64,000 nt of DNA, taken from NCBI GenBank assembly GCA_907165135.1, contig OU015569.1:1488001-1552000 (forward strand). The letters are read 5' to 3'. Position numbers and translations under genes: made by a program. Source of the DNA: Oikopleura dioica (Eukaryota; Animalia; Chordata). Below the pieces are notes generated by a model, which worked only from the letters and a program-made list of their open reading frames with translations, was not told where the DNA came from and searched no databases. Below are positions 47,996-61,728 of this stretch, piece after piece. The stretch's first letter is position 1; each line of letters begins with the position of its first letter.

Positions 47996-50992
47996 TTAAA
48001 TATCGATAGGTTTGGGTTGCGGTTTGCGGAAGTGGCGCATCGTAGATCCCGGTTGCGTCGGCTTGAAGGGAGCCATCGCACCGTAAGGGCGAGGGATGGG
48101 GATCGTGCCATCCTTGGGAATGTACGCGTTGGGGCGGGGCACAGCTGTAGATAGGAACTCATCGCAGTCATCAGGCTCAGTGGGAACAACTAAAATTTAT
48201 TTTAAAACATTGACTCCGGTATTTTTGAAAATTTGAAATCAAGGAAGAGTACTCACATGTAATTCGCTTCCACTCTTGCTCGCACTGTCGATTTGGCGGT
48301 AGACCTTGATCCATTCGCTGCACCGACTCAACCAAGAGCTCCTCGAGTTGAACGCGTTTGCGTTCGGTTTCAGAGAGCTTTAACTTGACCATGCTCAGCT
48401 CAGCTACTCGCGCCATCACTGAACGCGTTCTGTTCGCCAATTGACTTTGCGCGTTGTTGATTTGGAGAGAAAGATCCAGAGCAGGTCCCTGGAAAAAAAT
48501 TACTCCAAAGAGCCTGGAAGGAAAGCTTTACCTTTGAGTAGCTGTTTCGTTCTTGTTGTTTTTCTAGCAGCCGTGTAACATGTTGCAGTAAGAGTTCTTT
48601 TTCCAAAGCGACTTCTTCAATATTAGCCAGACGGTTTTGAATCTGCTCGAGCTTATTTTTCAGTTCATCTGGGGCCAAATCTTCACCAGGTAATTCTCGT
48701 GCCCGCTCGTCGAAAAAGCTAAAACCGCAAAATTAGCCAGGACAAAAACAATCAACGAGTTACTTTTCTGGATCACAAAGTTTCTCCTCCAAGCTTTCGG
48801 TTTTCTTTCTTATTCTCGCGAGTTTAACCTTGAGTTCGACTAGCTCCTGCTCGTTCTGCTGCAGTTTAGGGATCTTCTCACTCCATAGAGCGATCTGTCG
48901 CAGATCTTGCTTCATTTGCAGCTTGAGGAATCGGATGTTTTCGTCGAACTCATGGATCTTCAACTCGCCGTTTTGAATCAACTGCTCTTGCACGTTCAAA
49001 CGCTCGTAGAAGATGCAGACTTCTTCTTCGCGCTCCACAAGGGTGACTCCCCGTTCGTTTCTGTGCAAAATGGCCTTTTCGATTTGAATAAGAAGATTTC
49101 GCGAGTCCTCTTCTGACTTCACTCCCTAAAATGAAAATTAGATTGAAGTTGAAATGCAATTTTTGTACCATATTATTGAGTCGGTCAATATCAAGCTTTC
49201 GGCTAGCAAGAGTGTCATCGATTCCATTTTGAACGTCAATTGCTTTTGACTTTTCGTTTTGCAAGTTTTCGAGCTCGGCCTTTGCGTGAGCCTTTTGTAG
49301 CTCTGCTTTGTGCAAGTTTTTCATTTTTTCTTTGGCGGATGCTTGAAGTATTTCAACCTCGTTGGAGAGTATTCTTAGCTTGTCGCGAAGTTCAGATGCC
49401 TTTTGCGTCGATCCTTGGATCAGATGTACGTACTTGTTCTTTTCGTTTTTGATCACGTCGTATAGCTTCGCGAATTCGTCCTGCTGCGTCGCAAGTTCTT
49501 CGCATCGTTTGCGGTGGTCCTTGAGCACCAGATCGCGCTGCTTCTTTTCCTGCGTGATTGTTTTGATTCTGGTTGTAGCTCGAACGAGGTCTCGTGATTT
49601 GTGCTCCCGCTCGTCTTCTTTGATCTGGCGGATTCTGGTGAGTTCCACAAGACTGGCACGCTCCTCTTCTTGTCGCCGGAGAAGACGTTCTTCTTCAATG
49701 AGCATTTCTTCGTAGCGCACTTTCTCCATCGCAGTCATCTTTTGTTGGTGCTGAAGTTTGCGTTTTCCTTCCTCAACTTCTTTTGTGAGATATTTTCGCT
49801 GTTTCATCAGCTCAGCCGGGTCCGGCAGCTCGTCAAATGCGTCTTGTGCTTTTTGATTTAGAACTTGTTGTTGACGGAGGGCAGAGGAAGCGTGTCCCTG
49901 CATGATCTCCTTACGCTTAAGAGCTTTGATCGTCTTGTCCATCTCTTTGTTCTGACGGGCGTAAATTTCGGAGGCATGCTGTTTTTCGCTATTTCGGTGC
50001 TTGAACTTGAGCTGAATCTCCGTTTTTTCGATGTTTTGCTCGTGTTGCCGATCGGCTTCGATTGCCAGATCATGGTTTAACTTCTGTTCTCGCTGAGTGG
50101 CGCGCTCGATAGCGATTCGGATGTCCTCATGCTCCATCTTTACCGCTTCGTAATCGCCTATCCTCTGTCTGTTAATTTCGCCTTCCATGCGGTTCTTCTC
50201 TTCGAGCCCGCGAAGATGCATTACGACTTTATCCCGTGCGAGCCGCTCTTTCTCCAAGATTTTCATAAGCTTGTCGGACTCCTTCTGAAGTTGCTGGGGG
50301 ACATTGTGGATTTCTGGACAGACGAGTTTGTTGCGGAGCGTTTCTTGCTCGTCCATGCACTCCTTGAGCTCTCGCGCTTCCCGCTCTGCTTCTTTGACTT
50401 TTTGGTCGACAGCGATCTTCAACTGGGAGATTTCCGTCCTCCGCTGTCGATTCTCTTTGCGGAGCTCTTCCTCTTCCCGCTCCATGTCTCGTTTCTTCAC
50501 CTCCGCTTCCTCCGCATTTGGCTGAATACGCGCAAGTTGCCGCTCTAGATCAGCCTTTTCTTTGTAGTACTCCATCAGGTACTGGTCAAGCGATGTTGAG
50601 CGATCCTCTGCTGCGCGTAGCACATTTCGCTGCTCGAGGAGCTTTGCGCGCACCTTGCTTACTTCGGCATCGGGGTCTTCTACATAATTGTCGGCGGCGA
50701 GGCACGCTCGTTGCTCGTCGATTTCTTCCGTGTACTCTCGCGCCTTGTTCAGCAGCGCCTGCTCTTCGTCCCGGTATTTTTCAAGCTTATTGAACGCCTA
50801 TGGAATTTATAGAATAAATGTTGAAATGTTGGACTTCGTTACCTCTGAGTACTTGGTGCGGAGACGCTGCAGCTTGAACTCATCCACCTCTCCTTTAGCG
50901 GATAGCTCTTCCAAGTTTTGGATGGCGGGCGCAATGTCTATCTCCGTCATTTCGTACTCATACCTATCCGGCGGCATGATTTCCTCGTCCAT
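47996..50992 (-). CDS. CCDC146: Coiled-coil domain-containing protein 146 (MBO2 homolog)
   Basis: Long coiled coil; C-terminal [38 protein letters not shown] and [46 protein letters not shown]. Confidence 0.92.
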
Positions 50993-51673
50993 TTTCAAGG
51001 ATTACCGATCTCTGGTCTGAACCTAGTAATTGATGATAATTGATTTATTGCGATATCGTAATTTGTTGCTGGCGTTAGGCAGACATCGTCTTTGTTTCTC
51101 GGCAAAATGTGCAGTATGCAATAGTCATTATTTACAGTGACAGTTTCAGTAGAAGTGAGGCGTTTCCCCGAGGACAAAAAAATAAGGGTAAAAAGCGAGG
51201 GGGAAGATGAGGACAATTGTGAGAAGCCTAAATATGTGCTAATTGTATCTTAGAAACTTGTGGAATTGACTATCCAAGTCTAAGCCGGTGTTCTTTAGAA
51301 ATACATACATTTAGGACAGAGTTTTTATAGAATCGTGTTTACTATGTCTGACAGACATGATACAGACATTTTTATTCAAGCCTACGCGATTCTTATAGGA
51401 TAAACTCAGATTTAACAATTCCTTGTATTTTAAAAGAAATCAAGTTTTAGAACTTTGGTTCAATTTCAAAGTAAAAGTGTCTAAGATGCATTTTGGAAAA
51501 GTACGTAGCTTAAAATATCATTTTTCAGGGATCGATTCTGAAAATGAAAAGAAATAGAGGAAGAGATAGAAGATAAAAAAATAATGAAAGAGCAGTCGGG
51601 GGGTTTTAGGAAACATGTGATTGATTCTCTGGGTTGAACAAAGTTGGTTTTTGAGTTTTTTCTTCTTTTTGAA

Positions 51674-54600
51674 CTATTCAATGTAGATTTTGTGATAGTC
51701 ATTGCCACCAAAGTTCTGATTGCACTTGGGACACTTTCTTTGGCGAGTTTCGTAACGCGTTTTCAGACACTTAAATTTAGTTTCATCGTTTGGTCAAAAT
51801 TTGACTTGGACTCTAATTTTTTAAGCTTCGATATTTTCAAAGGATAGATGAGACCCCTAAGTAGAGAGCTATATAACGACCTCGTCTATTTTAAGGATGT
51901 AGCCAGGGAAAATTTACCTTGTAACAGAAAACGTGAAAGCATTTTGTCAGGATAGCATTTTTTTCTTCGATATTACAAATTGGGCATTTTAACCGTTTCT
52001 GGTAGCGTTCGATTTGCTCATTCAGAACCATATACGTCATATCAGTCTAAATCGAAAATTGTAACTACATTTCGTTCACTGCAACTGCTGGTTTACCTTT
52101 CCCCTTTTCTTGTCCATATGATAGCTGGATCGTTGCGCCTTGGCGCGCATCTCCTCGATTTGATCGTTTTTGCTTTTGATAATTCTTTGTACGTCTTGAA
52201 GTTCATTCAATTTATCGTGTTCCTTCCTTTTTTGATCCTGGCAGAGTTGGGCGAGCTCGATTGAGCGACGCTTGTGCAGCTCCAGCGCCTGAAACAAGAT
52301 TTAAATATTTTTGTTGATTTTCTAGAGCCTGTTTTGGAATATACGACTCCAGCTCAAACAATCATTCCAGACGACAGAGAGAGAGAAGGACAATAGATAC
52401 AAATGGATGAGACTGACTCAAAGAACCGAAAAGAGTTCTTCGATCGGCTAAGGCGATCGCCCTTCAAACCGAAACGATCGGACTTTTACGAAGAATACGG
52501 AGAGCCGAGCCTTTGGCGACCTAGAAATACTCCTAGCCGCGGATCAAATCCACTCTTATGCTATCATGTATTTCAATTTAATTGAAACAATTCAGCGAAT
52601 CCATTTCTGATCCGTTTTCTAAGCCCTCCATTAGAGCTCTATAGCGACGATTCTGACTATGAAGAGATCATGGAACAAAGAGAGCGAGAAAGGGAAGAGC
52701 GAGAGAGAAGATCTAGTCAGTCAGATGTTTCAAGCGGATCTAGTGCTAGCATCATGTGTGAGTAGTAAACTTTAGCATTAAGTTGAGCGCATTTTGAGGC
52801 ACTGAAAGACATTAAATGTTTAAGTTAATTGTGGAGCGGCTACTTTTGAAGATGTAATGGAACTAACCCCGCGAATGGAGGATGAAGAGATCCCTTGTTC
52901 GCTCCCTTCTCTCGGCGAGAATCCTTCCCGATTTATGCTCGCTGTTAGCGCAGGTACAACAATAACCGCTTCAACAAGCCGATTTTGATTCTAGGAACAA
53001 AACGAGCCTATGATTTATTGTTCCTGACCGTTTGCGCTTACCACTACTGCCTTCTCTCTGCCATGCGAACGAAGGAATCTATCGTCAATTTCTGCCACGC
53101 TGCCAAAGCCTTTTTTAAAGACTTCATTCAACTATACCCAGATGAACAAGTAATGCCTGCGATAAATTCTACAACTAAAATCATTTCTAGCAAATTTTGT
53201 GCAAACGCATCTTCCAAGTCTACTACCACACAAATTACGGCGACGCAATCAAGATTTTCTTCACCTTTTGCTTTGCCTACGTTTTATTTTCCTTCAGAGT
53301 TTACTAGAAAAACTATTTACACTTAACCACAAGGTACGCTAATCGATTCTAGCACCGTCAAAAATCTGCTTTGAAGCGAAAAAGAGAAGCAAACGAGTTT
53401 CATTACCTGAGTACGGAGAGAGAGTTCCTGTTCGCCGTTTTTCACTTGCGCTGTTTGGAGCATTTCCTTCTCTTCCAGCTGTCGAACGAGTTTCTGTTGA
53501 CTCTCGGCCTGTGCTTCCAGCTGTAAGATTTTACTTTCCAGTACTTCTTTTTCTTTCGCTTGTATTTGCTATTGAATAAAACACTCAATATATCTAGCAA
53601 CGTCGAACGTTATTACCTGCAGGCTTCCAATCTTGATGCGCTCTTGAAACAGGTTAAAATACTCCTTGTCCTTGTCACGGAGATCTTGAACGAGCCGAAC
53701 ATTTTGCTCTTGTATCTCTTCCAATGCCTTAGATCCAAATCAAAACAATATATTTCGCAAAGAAAAAAGAGCTTACCAAGCCGGTCTTTTCGAACTCGTC
53801 CTGCATCGATGCATCCTGAAGCTCTTTTTCTGCGTTTGCTCGTTTCAACTCGGCGATTTTCGCTTCGTATTCCTCCACCAGCGCTCTCTTCTGGTGCTCC
53901 AAGACGAGGCAATCGCGTGGCAGTTCGTTCAGCCTCCTTCAGAAAGCTTTAGCGACACGCTTAAACCCTCCTTTACCTCAAGTAGGACGTGCGTAGATCA
54001 GAGAGCCTGGACTCCATCTCAGCCAGTCGCATTTTATAATCATTTGCTTCGCTGGGCTCATGATTCGTCAGCAGAGCTTCGAGTCTCGCAGCTTTGTCTC
54101 GTGCACGCAGCAGCTCGCATTCAAGGCCTTCCACTGAGCTTTCTAGCGCTTTCTGCGGAATTCCTGAATCCAATTATACAGCAAAAAGAGCGTAAAAAGA
54201 GTACCTGTTTCAAGAACTTCATTTTCCAAATCCGTGAATATCCTGTAGACAGGCTCTTCTCGTTGTTTCTGGAGGAGTTGTTCGGCCTTGAGACCTTCGA
54301 TTTCTTGCTGCTGCTCGCGCGTTTTACGTTTTTGCCTGTTGAGTTCGGCTTTCAGTTGGCGATTGTGGGATTGAAGCGAGTTGATCAGCTGGCGCATTTC
54401 TCGATTGATGGGTCCTGCTTGCTCGGTCGCTTTCTGGTGCTAAAAATTTGGTGTTATTAAATTGATAAAAACAACAATTGTGAATTTTTTAATTGATAAA
54501 CAAAATATATTAAATTTGTACTTACCAAATGATACTCGTTGCAGACTTTGTCGTATTGCAACTGAAGCGTGTGATTTTGTGCTTCCTGTTCTTTGAGTTT

Positions 54601-56364
54601 CGTTCTCATTTGCTCCTGCAGATTGAGTTCTTCGCATTCCATCTGCTCGAGTTGTCTGAGGAAGAGGTTGCGCATTCCTTCGTGCGAAGCCCGGGCATCT
54701 TCGGCCTGCCTCTTCAGCAGCTCCGATTGTTGGTACAAAACCGAAAACTGCGCCTTCAACGATTGATAGACGCCGCTGGTGATGATGACCGCTTCGGAGG
54801 GATTTTTAACGCGCAGCTCCATGTTGTCGCGCTCCGTTTGCAACTCGGACAGCTTCGCCCTCAGCTCGGCGATCTCGTTATCTTTTTCTTGGAGAGCCTC
54901 GTCTCTATTTTCGGCAGTGATGGCTTTTGGCGAGAGCTGCCATAAGGTTTCAATTTTGTTTATTTTTTCTCAATCGAATAATAAAAAAAAACTTATTGAA
55001 ATTTAAAACTCTCTTTAAAAATTTGATATTGAAACCGTGCCTTGTCCTCGTACTCTTCTTTCGGCTGTTTCTTCTCCGGCACCTTCGCAGAGCGGCTTTT
55101 CATCTGTCCAATGAGTCTGTAGTTGCGTTTCGTCAGTTGCTCGCATTTGTGCTTCAAGTCTTCGCAGAGTTCCGTCTTCTCCTCCAAATCGTTCTCGACT
55201 TTTTCTAACTCGGCCGAGAGGTCTCTGTTCTTTTCCGTCACCTCGGCCGCCATTTTTTTGACTTCGGCATCGTTGACGCCAGCCAGGAGGCGCTGCACGC
55301 AGCGGAGAGTGAAGTCGTTTTCAGATCTAAAATTTCAAAGGTAGCAAGTTTCTTTTATTTCTTTATTAAATCGACTAATTATTCTTTGTTTTTAGTAACG
55401 AAGCTTCAAAATTCAACTATTGGAATTAAAAAAATCACTCATTCTCGAAATTTTATTCTAAATCTTTCATTTCAAGTTAGGGTTTGACTGAGAATCAAAG
55501 AGAAGGAGGCTTGGATTTATCCTTAAGGATTTTTGTTTTTTAAACTATCCAGTTTTGATTTAAAATTAAAACTAACCGTAATCGCCTTCCAAAAACACGT
55601 AAAACTTCATCAGATTCGGGGGCTTCGTCGAATTCCTTTTGAACCTCCTCTTCCGTTGGAAAATGATAGGTGAGATTGACCGGCTGGTTTGTCAGCGTCC
55701 CCAGCTCGGCGGAGAACTCTTTCCACCAGCTCCGGACGACTCGGTAAAACGCTTTCTTCTCCGCGAGTTTCTTTTCGGCCACTTCGGCGCGCTGCAGACT
55801 TTCGCTTTTGATCTTCTTCTCCGCTTCGAGCAGATCAACCAGTCTAATGAAACGCTAGAATTCGAGACTCTAAGAAGGAGGATCGTACCTTGCTTTGGAG
55901 AACTCGTTGACTCGTTTGTCAAGTTCTTCGGAAGAAGAAATCGTCCCTAATCGATATTGTGGCAGTGAGGACATGCATGATCCTGAAGAACCCAAATCCA
56001 GCGCATCCTGAAATCATGGCTTGAAAGCTGCCCAACTCAGGAACGAATAGATAACAATAGATAGCGCAAGAAGTTATCTTAATTCTAGAGATATGCCTGG
56101 ATAACAGATGGCCACAGACATTCCCTATCTGTACTCTTTGAATGATACCCAAATCAATGATTGTGTTTTAAATTTAATGATTAAGCTACTGACTATACGA
56201 AAATAATTTGAAATAAAAAACATCCAGTTACGAGAACGTTCATTTTTAATTGGAATTGGAAATTACTACTAATTCTAGCTAATTATAAAGTAATTTACCA
56301 TGGCGTTGACTTTCTTCTCCAGCGGGAGGCCATCCGGACCCTCGTCCGCAGTCCTTTTCATCAT
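51674..56364 (-). CDS. RNF20: E3 ubiquitin ligase BRE1 (RNF20/RNF40)
   Basis: MKRTADEG...PLEKK; [11 protein letters not shown]; [12 protein letters not shown]; [16 protein letters not shown]; ELSLRTQ|ALELHKRR; [27 protein letters not shown]|[30 protein letters not shown]. Confidence 0.93.
52403..53307 (+). CDS. Orphan 5-exon gene nested antisense in a BRE1 intron
   Basis: Exons joined by GT-AG introns (first junction least certain): [20 protein letters not shown]...|[19 protein letters not shown]...|[11 protein letters not shown]...AVSA|[16 protein letters not shown]...YPDEQ|[13 protein letters not shown]...FRVY*. It lies inside the BRE1 intron 52290-53407. Confidence 0.7.
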
Positions 56365-56876
56365 AGCTTCGTTAGAGACTATTACTGTATGTTAATACTT
56401 TATTTTCGATAATAATAATATTAAATTCCAGATATATTCATTTTCCTTTTTTTATCCTTGAAAAATCAAAAATATTCCCAGATTTATTGATAGAGATATT
56501 GAACAATCAAACTTTTGACACTTTTGTTTTATTGTTTTTGATCTAAAACGATAGAACGGGAAACTTCTTTACCTTTATCTTGAGTGAGGATTGAGGCTTT
56601 CAGTTTGAAATTTGAAATTGAGATTGAATGCTTGTGTCAGGGATAGATACTAGTTACAGTGAGTTGAGAATGGTTGAGATAGGTGGCAAAAAAGAGAGAG
56701 AATAGCGGTGTCAGGAATTGAGAAGCGTCAACTTGAGGAGCGTTGCTTTCTTCCTCCGCTGAAAATCTGTCTGGCAGACAGTCTGCAGGACGACAATGCA
56801 GGTAGTATTCTCGGACTTAGGAAGGAAACTAGGCTCGGCGCTCGGGCATTTTATTCGCCGCTCAACGACGCTGCGG

Positions 56877-56885
56877 CCAATCAGC
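56877..56885 (+). promoter_or_regulatory. CCAAT box in the divergent BRE1/TRAPPC9 intergenic region
   Basis: GGCCAATCAGCG motif between head-to-head genes. Confidence 0.3.
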
Positions 56886-57522
56886 GCCCAGAGAAATACA
56901 TTCCAATTCCATTTCTAGCGAGATTCCTTTCGAATGCGAGAACTCTCCTTATTTCTAATGCTATTTCTCACTAGAGCTCTCTCGTAGTTTATGATTACGT
57001 AATGTTTAACGACTTGAAAGCGGAGAATACAGTCTACTAGACTTGATTATCATCAAATCTAATTTATATATTGCTTAAATTAATTGATCATCCATTTATG
57101 ATTGATTATTTAGTAGGAGATTCCGTCAACTATTACTAACAGTGTCCATTTCACACTGATTACAATTGCAATTACAGTTAGGGAACATTAAAGTTCAGAA
57201 CATCGTTAACACAATGAGTTCGAATTAATCAATTAAGCAAATGCTTGATTAATGATTGATAAAAAGAAGGCCTGGATACGGTGAAAGCTCACCAAGAAAT
57301 CGAAGAAGGAAGAAATAGAATCAAGAATATAGAAGGATTTCAAGAATTTCAATGTCGCTCTCTTCTCAGCGTGCCTCAAGAAAGGATCTTCAAACATGAC
57401 TTTCCTCCCTCATTTTCTGTCAAAATAAATTCCTTTCCTTGCCTCATTAATCGCTCATGACAAATTCGTGGAGCTAGAATGATCCTTGATAAAGGCAGAA
57501 CTCGGCAAATGTACCGTGCGAT

Positions 57523-60500
57523 ATGCAGCCGGACTACCAGGCGGAGGTGCATGATCACGGGACGATCAGAATCGCACTCGCCACTCCTCCCGGCCAGGAG
57601 AATCAACGCCTCAATGATCGAGTCCAGTTGAAGCTAGAGAAGCACAAAGAGCTCTCTATTTCCGGCAGAAATCTTCGGATGCGTTACTCGTGGAGTAAGG
57701 GTTACTCCGGCGAATGGCTAGCTGCTAGTGCTTGGGGAGATGTTCAGCTTTATCGGCGGCCGCTTGGATTGATTTTTATTGTTGATGCGAAGCGGCAGGA
57801 AGATGCTGATAGAGGAATTGAAGAGTACATAGTTAGGGGTCTTCCATGATTTCATGATCGAATTTTAAAACTGATTGTTCTTTGTATTAAAAATCCTTTT
57901 CTAAGCTCTCCGAAAGGAACTGAACGCATCTGTCTATGACGGGCGCTGCTTGCTGGTAGGCAGCAAAAGCAGTCAACCGCTCAAACCCGACATTCTTCAC
58001 TTTCAATCCGTCGATGCTTGGAAAACTTCTTGGAAGGATATTGAAGACATGGTGACGTCGATCTACTACATTCTCGAGTCCAAACGCGTTGAGAGGTCGT
58101 CTATGTCTTCTTCCAACTCGGACAAGTCTTACCCAATGCTAATGGCTCCCTTCGAACGTCGGGAGGGAAATCTAGACTTTGATTCGCGAAGCTTTCGCAA
58201 GAAACTTCAAGGACGATTGAGAAAACACATCGGGGATCTGTGTCTGCTCTGTGGCCTCCCACAAGAGGCGTTGATTGCCTATCACAGCGCATTAGATGCT
58301 CTGCGCCTTTCTCAAGATCATCTCTGGGTTGCGGCTTCGCTAGAATCTCTGCGCCGTGACAGCGTCGTATTCAACCGTAGTCAAGTCTGATCATTGCTTG
58401 GAATCGCCGAATGACATTTTCGAAAAATACCGCGAAGCAGTGATCAATTACTCGAAGTTTAAGGAAGCAGGTGTTCTCGAACTCGAAGCGTGTCTAAAAG
58501 CGACGAAGGTTCTTGTTAATATGGGTCGAAACTTGGACGCCTCTGATTTTCTTCAAAACACAATCTACATTGGCATCAAATTGCCAAGCGAGCGTGAGAT
58601 TGAAAGGCTCTCGACTCTGGCCGATCTATACGGGATGATCGGTTTCAAGAGGAAAGAGGCTTTTTACAAGCGAGTAGCTGCAATGTACTGTGTTGCCGAT
58701 CAGAACAATTCCGAAGCCCGGTGGCAGCAGTGTTTCAGCCTTCTTCGGGAGAGTTTGCCCGGCTTCAGTCTCGAACACGTTCTCGGATTTATAAAGTCGA
58801 GCGAATACGAAACAGACCTGTTTCTTTCATCCGGAGAATCGACTGGCTGGCCGGCGGTGCAGGCGCGCGTTCTCCACGAACTAGCCTTTTCAGCACGGAA
58901 GATTGGCGATACCAAGCTTGCAATCAAACTTTTATCCGGCCTCCTGCATAGTACCCACTCGTTTCTTAACAAATCGGAGCAGGAAGAGATGCTCCAAGCT
59001 TTGAAGAACTACTCCTCTGCGTGTCGAGAGGAAAGCGAAATCCTCTACGAGCCGATTTGTTTACCGAGCTTTGTTAATGTTGTGATACCGACGGGAAATG
59101 GAGATCCAAACCTTGAACCAATCGAGGTATTGTAGAAACTATCAATTTTTCTTACTAATCGATAATACTTATATATTTCCATAAGTAACGAAATTCCATA
59201 GACTACGGCCCAACAAACCAATCGAGTTTTCATCTACTCACCATTCGAAAAAGACCGGAAAAAGATCCGCTGGGTGAAATCTGAAGTCAACACAATCGAA
59301 CTGATATTCTACAATCCACTTGCTGCGGAAATCGATGTCAATCACATATCTGTAAGGAGTTATTTTTCAAAACACGTCGTGAATCTGCTTGTTTCTATAG
59401 ATCGTTGCGAAGGGAGAAGCTTCCCCAGTGAATATCAAGCCGCAAAGTGTTCGTTTGTCGCCTGGATCTCATGTTTCTGTCAAAATCGACTGCATCTGCG
59501 AGATTGTTGGTGAATTCGAAATCACCGGCTACAGAATCGATCTATACGGTCTCGTCTACGAGGTTCACTTTGAGCGGCTTTTGAAAAAACGAAAGGTTCA
59601 TAAACTCTCAACATTTTGATAGTTAATATGTTTTGTAGGAAATTTACATTCTGAAAAGCTACAAGATCGAAGTGATCGACACGATTCCGATGCTCGGAGT
59701 CGACGTGTCCCTCGTCCAATCTCCAAAAGCGTTGAATATCGTCCGCGAACTCCAAGAAAACCAACAAGTCAAGTACAAATCTGCCTTCTACGACGGGGAA
59801 CATCAGAAAATTGCGATCACGATCGAGAACGTTTCTCAAATCCCCATCGGCGAAATTGAAGTTTATCAAGAAGTCGATAGTGAATCAAAGGGAGTGATTA
59901 ACTTTTCATGCGAGAGTGCTCCTTCTACTTTGAAACCCGGCGAACGCGTCATTTTCGAAGCCTTCTTCGACAGTGAATTGAAAGACAGCAAAATTGAGAC
60001 CGTCCTGCACTTCATCAAAATCAACTACAAAGGTAAACAGTTGCCTTAGCCGGTTGTTTTCACTCAAAACAACTAAGTAAGAGTTTCGATCAATGATAAA
60101 TTAGAGCTCATTCTTTCCATCAAAATTTGCAATAACTTTTTTCAAAAGAGCACTCCGATGTTTGCTACATGCGTACACACACGACGATCTTCGAAAGTGA
60201 TATCATCCGTCCCCTGGAAGTTATCGGCCTCTGCGTGAAGCAGTCAGAATCATCCGAATACGCAACGATCGTCCTAGAATGTCATAACAAGGCAATCGAG
60301 GAGATAAACATCATTCAGTCGTACATTTTTCTAATTCAAAAAGAAAAAAATCTAATCCTCATCTAGTGTGCCTAATCAACAGGGACCTGCTTCGCTGAAA
60401 TCAACTGTCGTTCGAAATGGGCACGCATCCGTGCTCTACGTCCAAATTGAGAAGCTAGCGCACATTCCACTTTCCGAACAGTGCATGGAATCTGCGCTCG

Positions 60501-61080
60501 GACTCAAATGGCGCTGCGATCCAGCTCGTTATGGGGTCGTTCATCTTTCTTCCACCACACTTAACACGAATGAACTCATCGCCCTTCAGGTATGTTCATT
60601 TTTCCCAAAGATCGATTTGTATTCCGTGAATCAAGGCTAGTCCTCTCTACTGGGAGTCTGAAGTCGATGATGAGCCACTGGAAGAAATCGTCAAAAATGG
60701 AAAAGTAATGGAGCCCATGATCGTCCGGACGACAGCGATCAACCGCACCAACGAGCCCTTTGAAGATCTCAAAATAATGCTTGAAGCCGTCCAAGAAGAC
60801 TCCCGCGGGGAGTTCAATGTTCTCGACGGTGCGATCATGTCCACTGGCCTCAACGAAGCATTGACTCAAGTGTTGGAGTCGAAGTCCTCCGTTGAATTTT
60901 CTCACATGATGATTCCACGCTTTGCTGGCAATTTCAAAATTCGCTTCAGGGCGTTTGTCGCGGATAAAGGTTGGTTCTTGTAGATCAATAGGGAATTATG
61001 AAACTTAAGGTTCTTCGCTCAAATCTTTCGTCTCTCCGAGTTATTCTTTCTGTATCAGCCATCCTTCAACTGCCTTATAG
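57523..61080 (+). CDS. TRAPPC9: TRAPP complex subunit 9 (NIBP/Trs120), with an apparent frameshift near 58348
   Basis: MQPDYQAEVHDHGTIRI...WGDVQLYRRPLGLI; GRLRKHIGDLCLLCG...A...Y; DHLWVAASLE; GFKRKEAFYKRVAAM; GWPAVQARVLHEL; FIYSP; WVKSEV...YNPL; F...PRFAGNFKI. Confidence 0.93.
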
Positions 61081-61144
61081 GATCATTCTTCTGTTTCTTA
61101 TTCCTCCGGTTTATTCTATTAATATTTCCTAATATTCATATTCG

Positions 61145-61728
61145 GATACATGAAAATCACTTTTGCGGAGCAAAATTCTACCCCCCATGTTTCTTGTGCT
61201 CATTAGAAAGAGCAACTCCTAAGGAGTCGAATGGTATAGTTTTGAGGGTCTGAGTCATCACATATGACGTCATAAGGGCCCCCTTTGAAAAATGGGCATG
61301 TCCCCCTGTATCTCCGAAAATTTTCAGAAATTTATGGAGATTTTGATATCGTTGGAAAGCCCACCTCAAACTGGCTATGAGCACAAGGTGTGCAAGAAAA
61401 AATTTCTAGGAAAAAATTTTTTTCTGGGACAAAAACTTTTTACCCAAAATTTTTTTCGGATTTTTTTATTGCGCACCTGGTGCTCTTAACCAGTTTGAGT
61501 TGGGCTTTCCAACGATACCAAAGTCTCTATATATTTCTGAAAATTTTCGGAGATACAGGGGGACATGACCTGACATTTTCAGGTACTTTCGGCACTAGAA
61601 TTGGCGATTTTTCGTGGCTTAGACACATAAAGATTGCACTCTTCGACTCCTCGGAACCTGCGCTACAAGATGAGCACAGAAAATATTGGGTTCCCGATTT
61701 CGCTCCGCAAAAGTCATTTTCATCTATC
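61145..61728. mobile_element. Nested inverted-repeat element between TRAPPC9 and INTS10
   Basis: Outer ~32-bp IRs (GATACATGAAAATCACTTTTGCGGAGCAAAAT and ATTTCGCTCCGCAAAAGTCATTTTCATCTATC) flanked by a TTCG direct repeat. Inner ~100-bp IRs at 61297-61395 and 61469-61567. Confidence 0.75.

Noticed and set aside
56700-56810. Minus-strand ATACTACCTG resembling the U1 snRNA 5' end, followed by GAGGAAGA...CTGA resembling U3 boxes C' and D
   Set aside because: It lacks one T of ACTTACCTG, the U1-70K loop and an Sm site. The C'-D spacing is only ~34 nt with no boxes A, B or C. It is more simply the complement of a plus-strand donor-like CAG|GTAGT.
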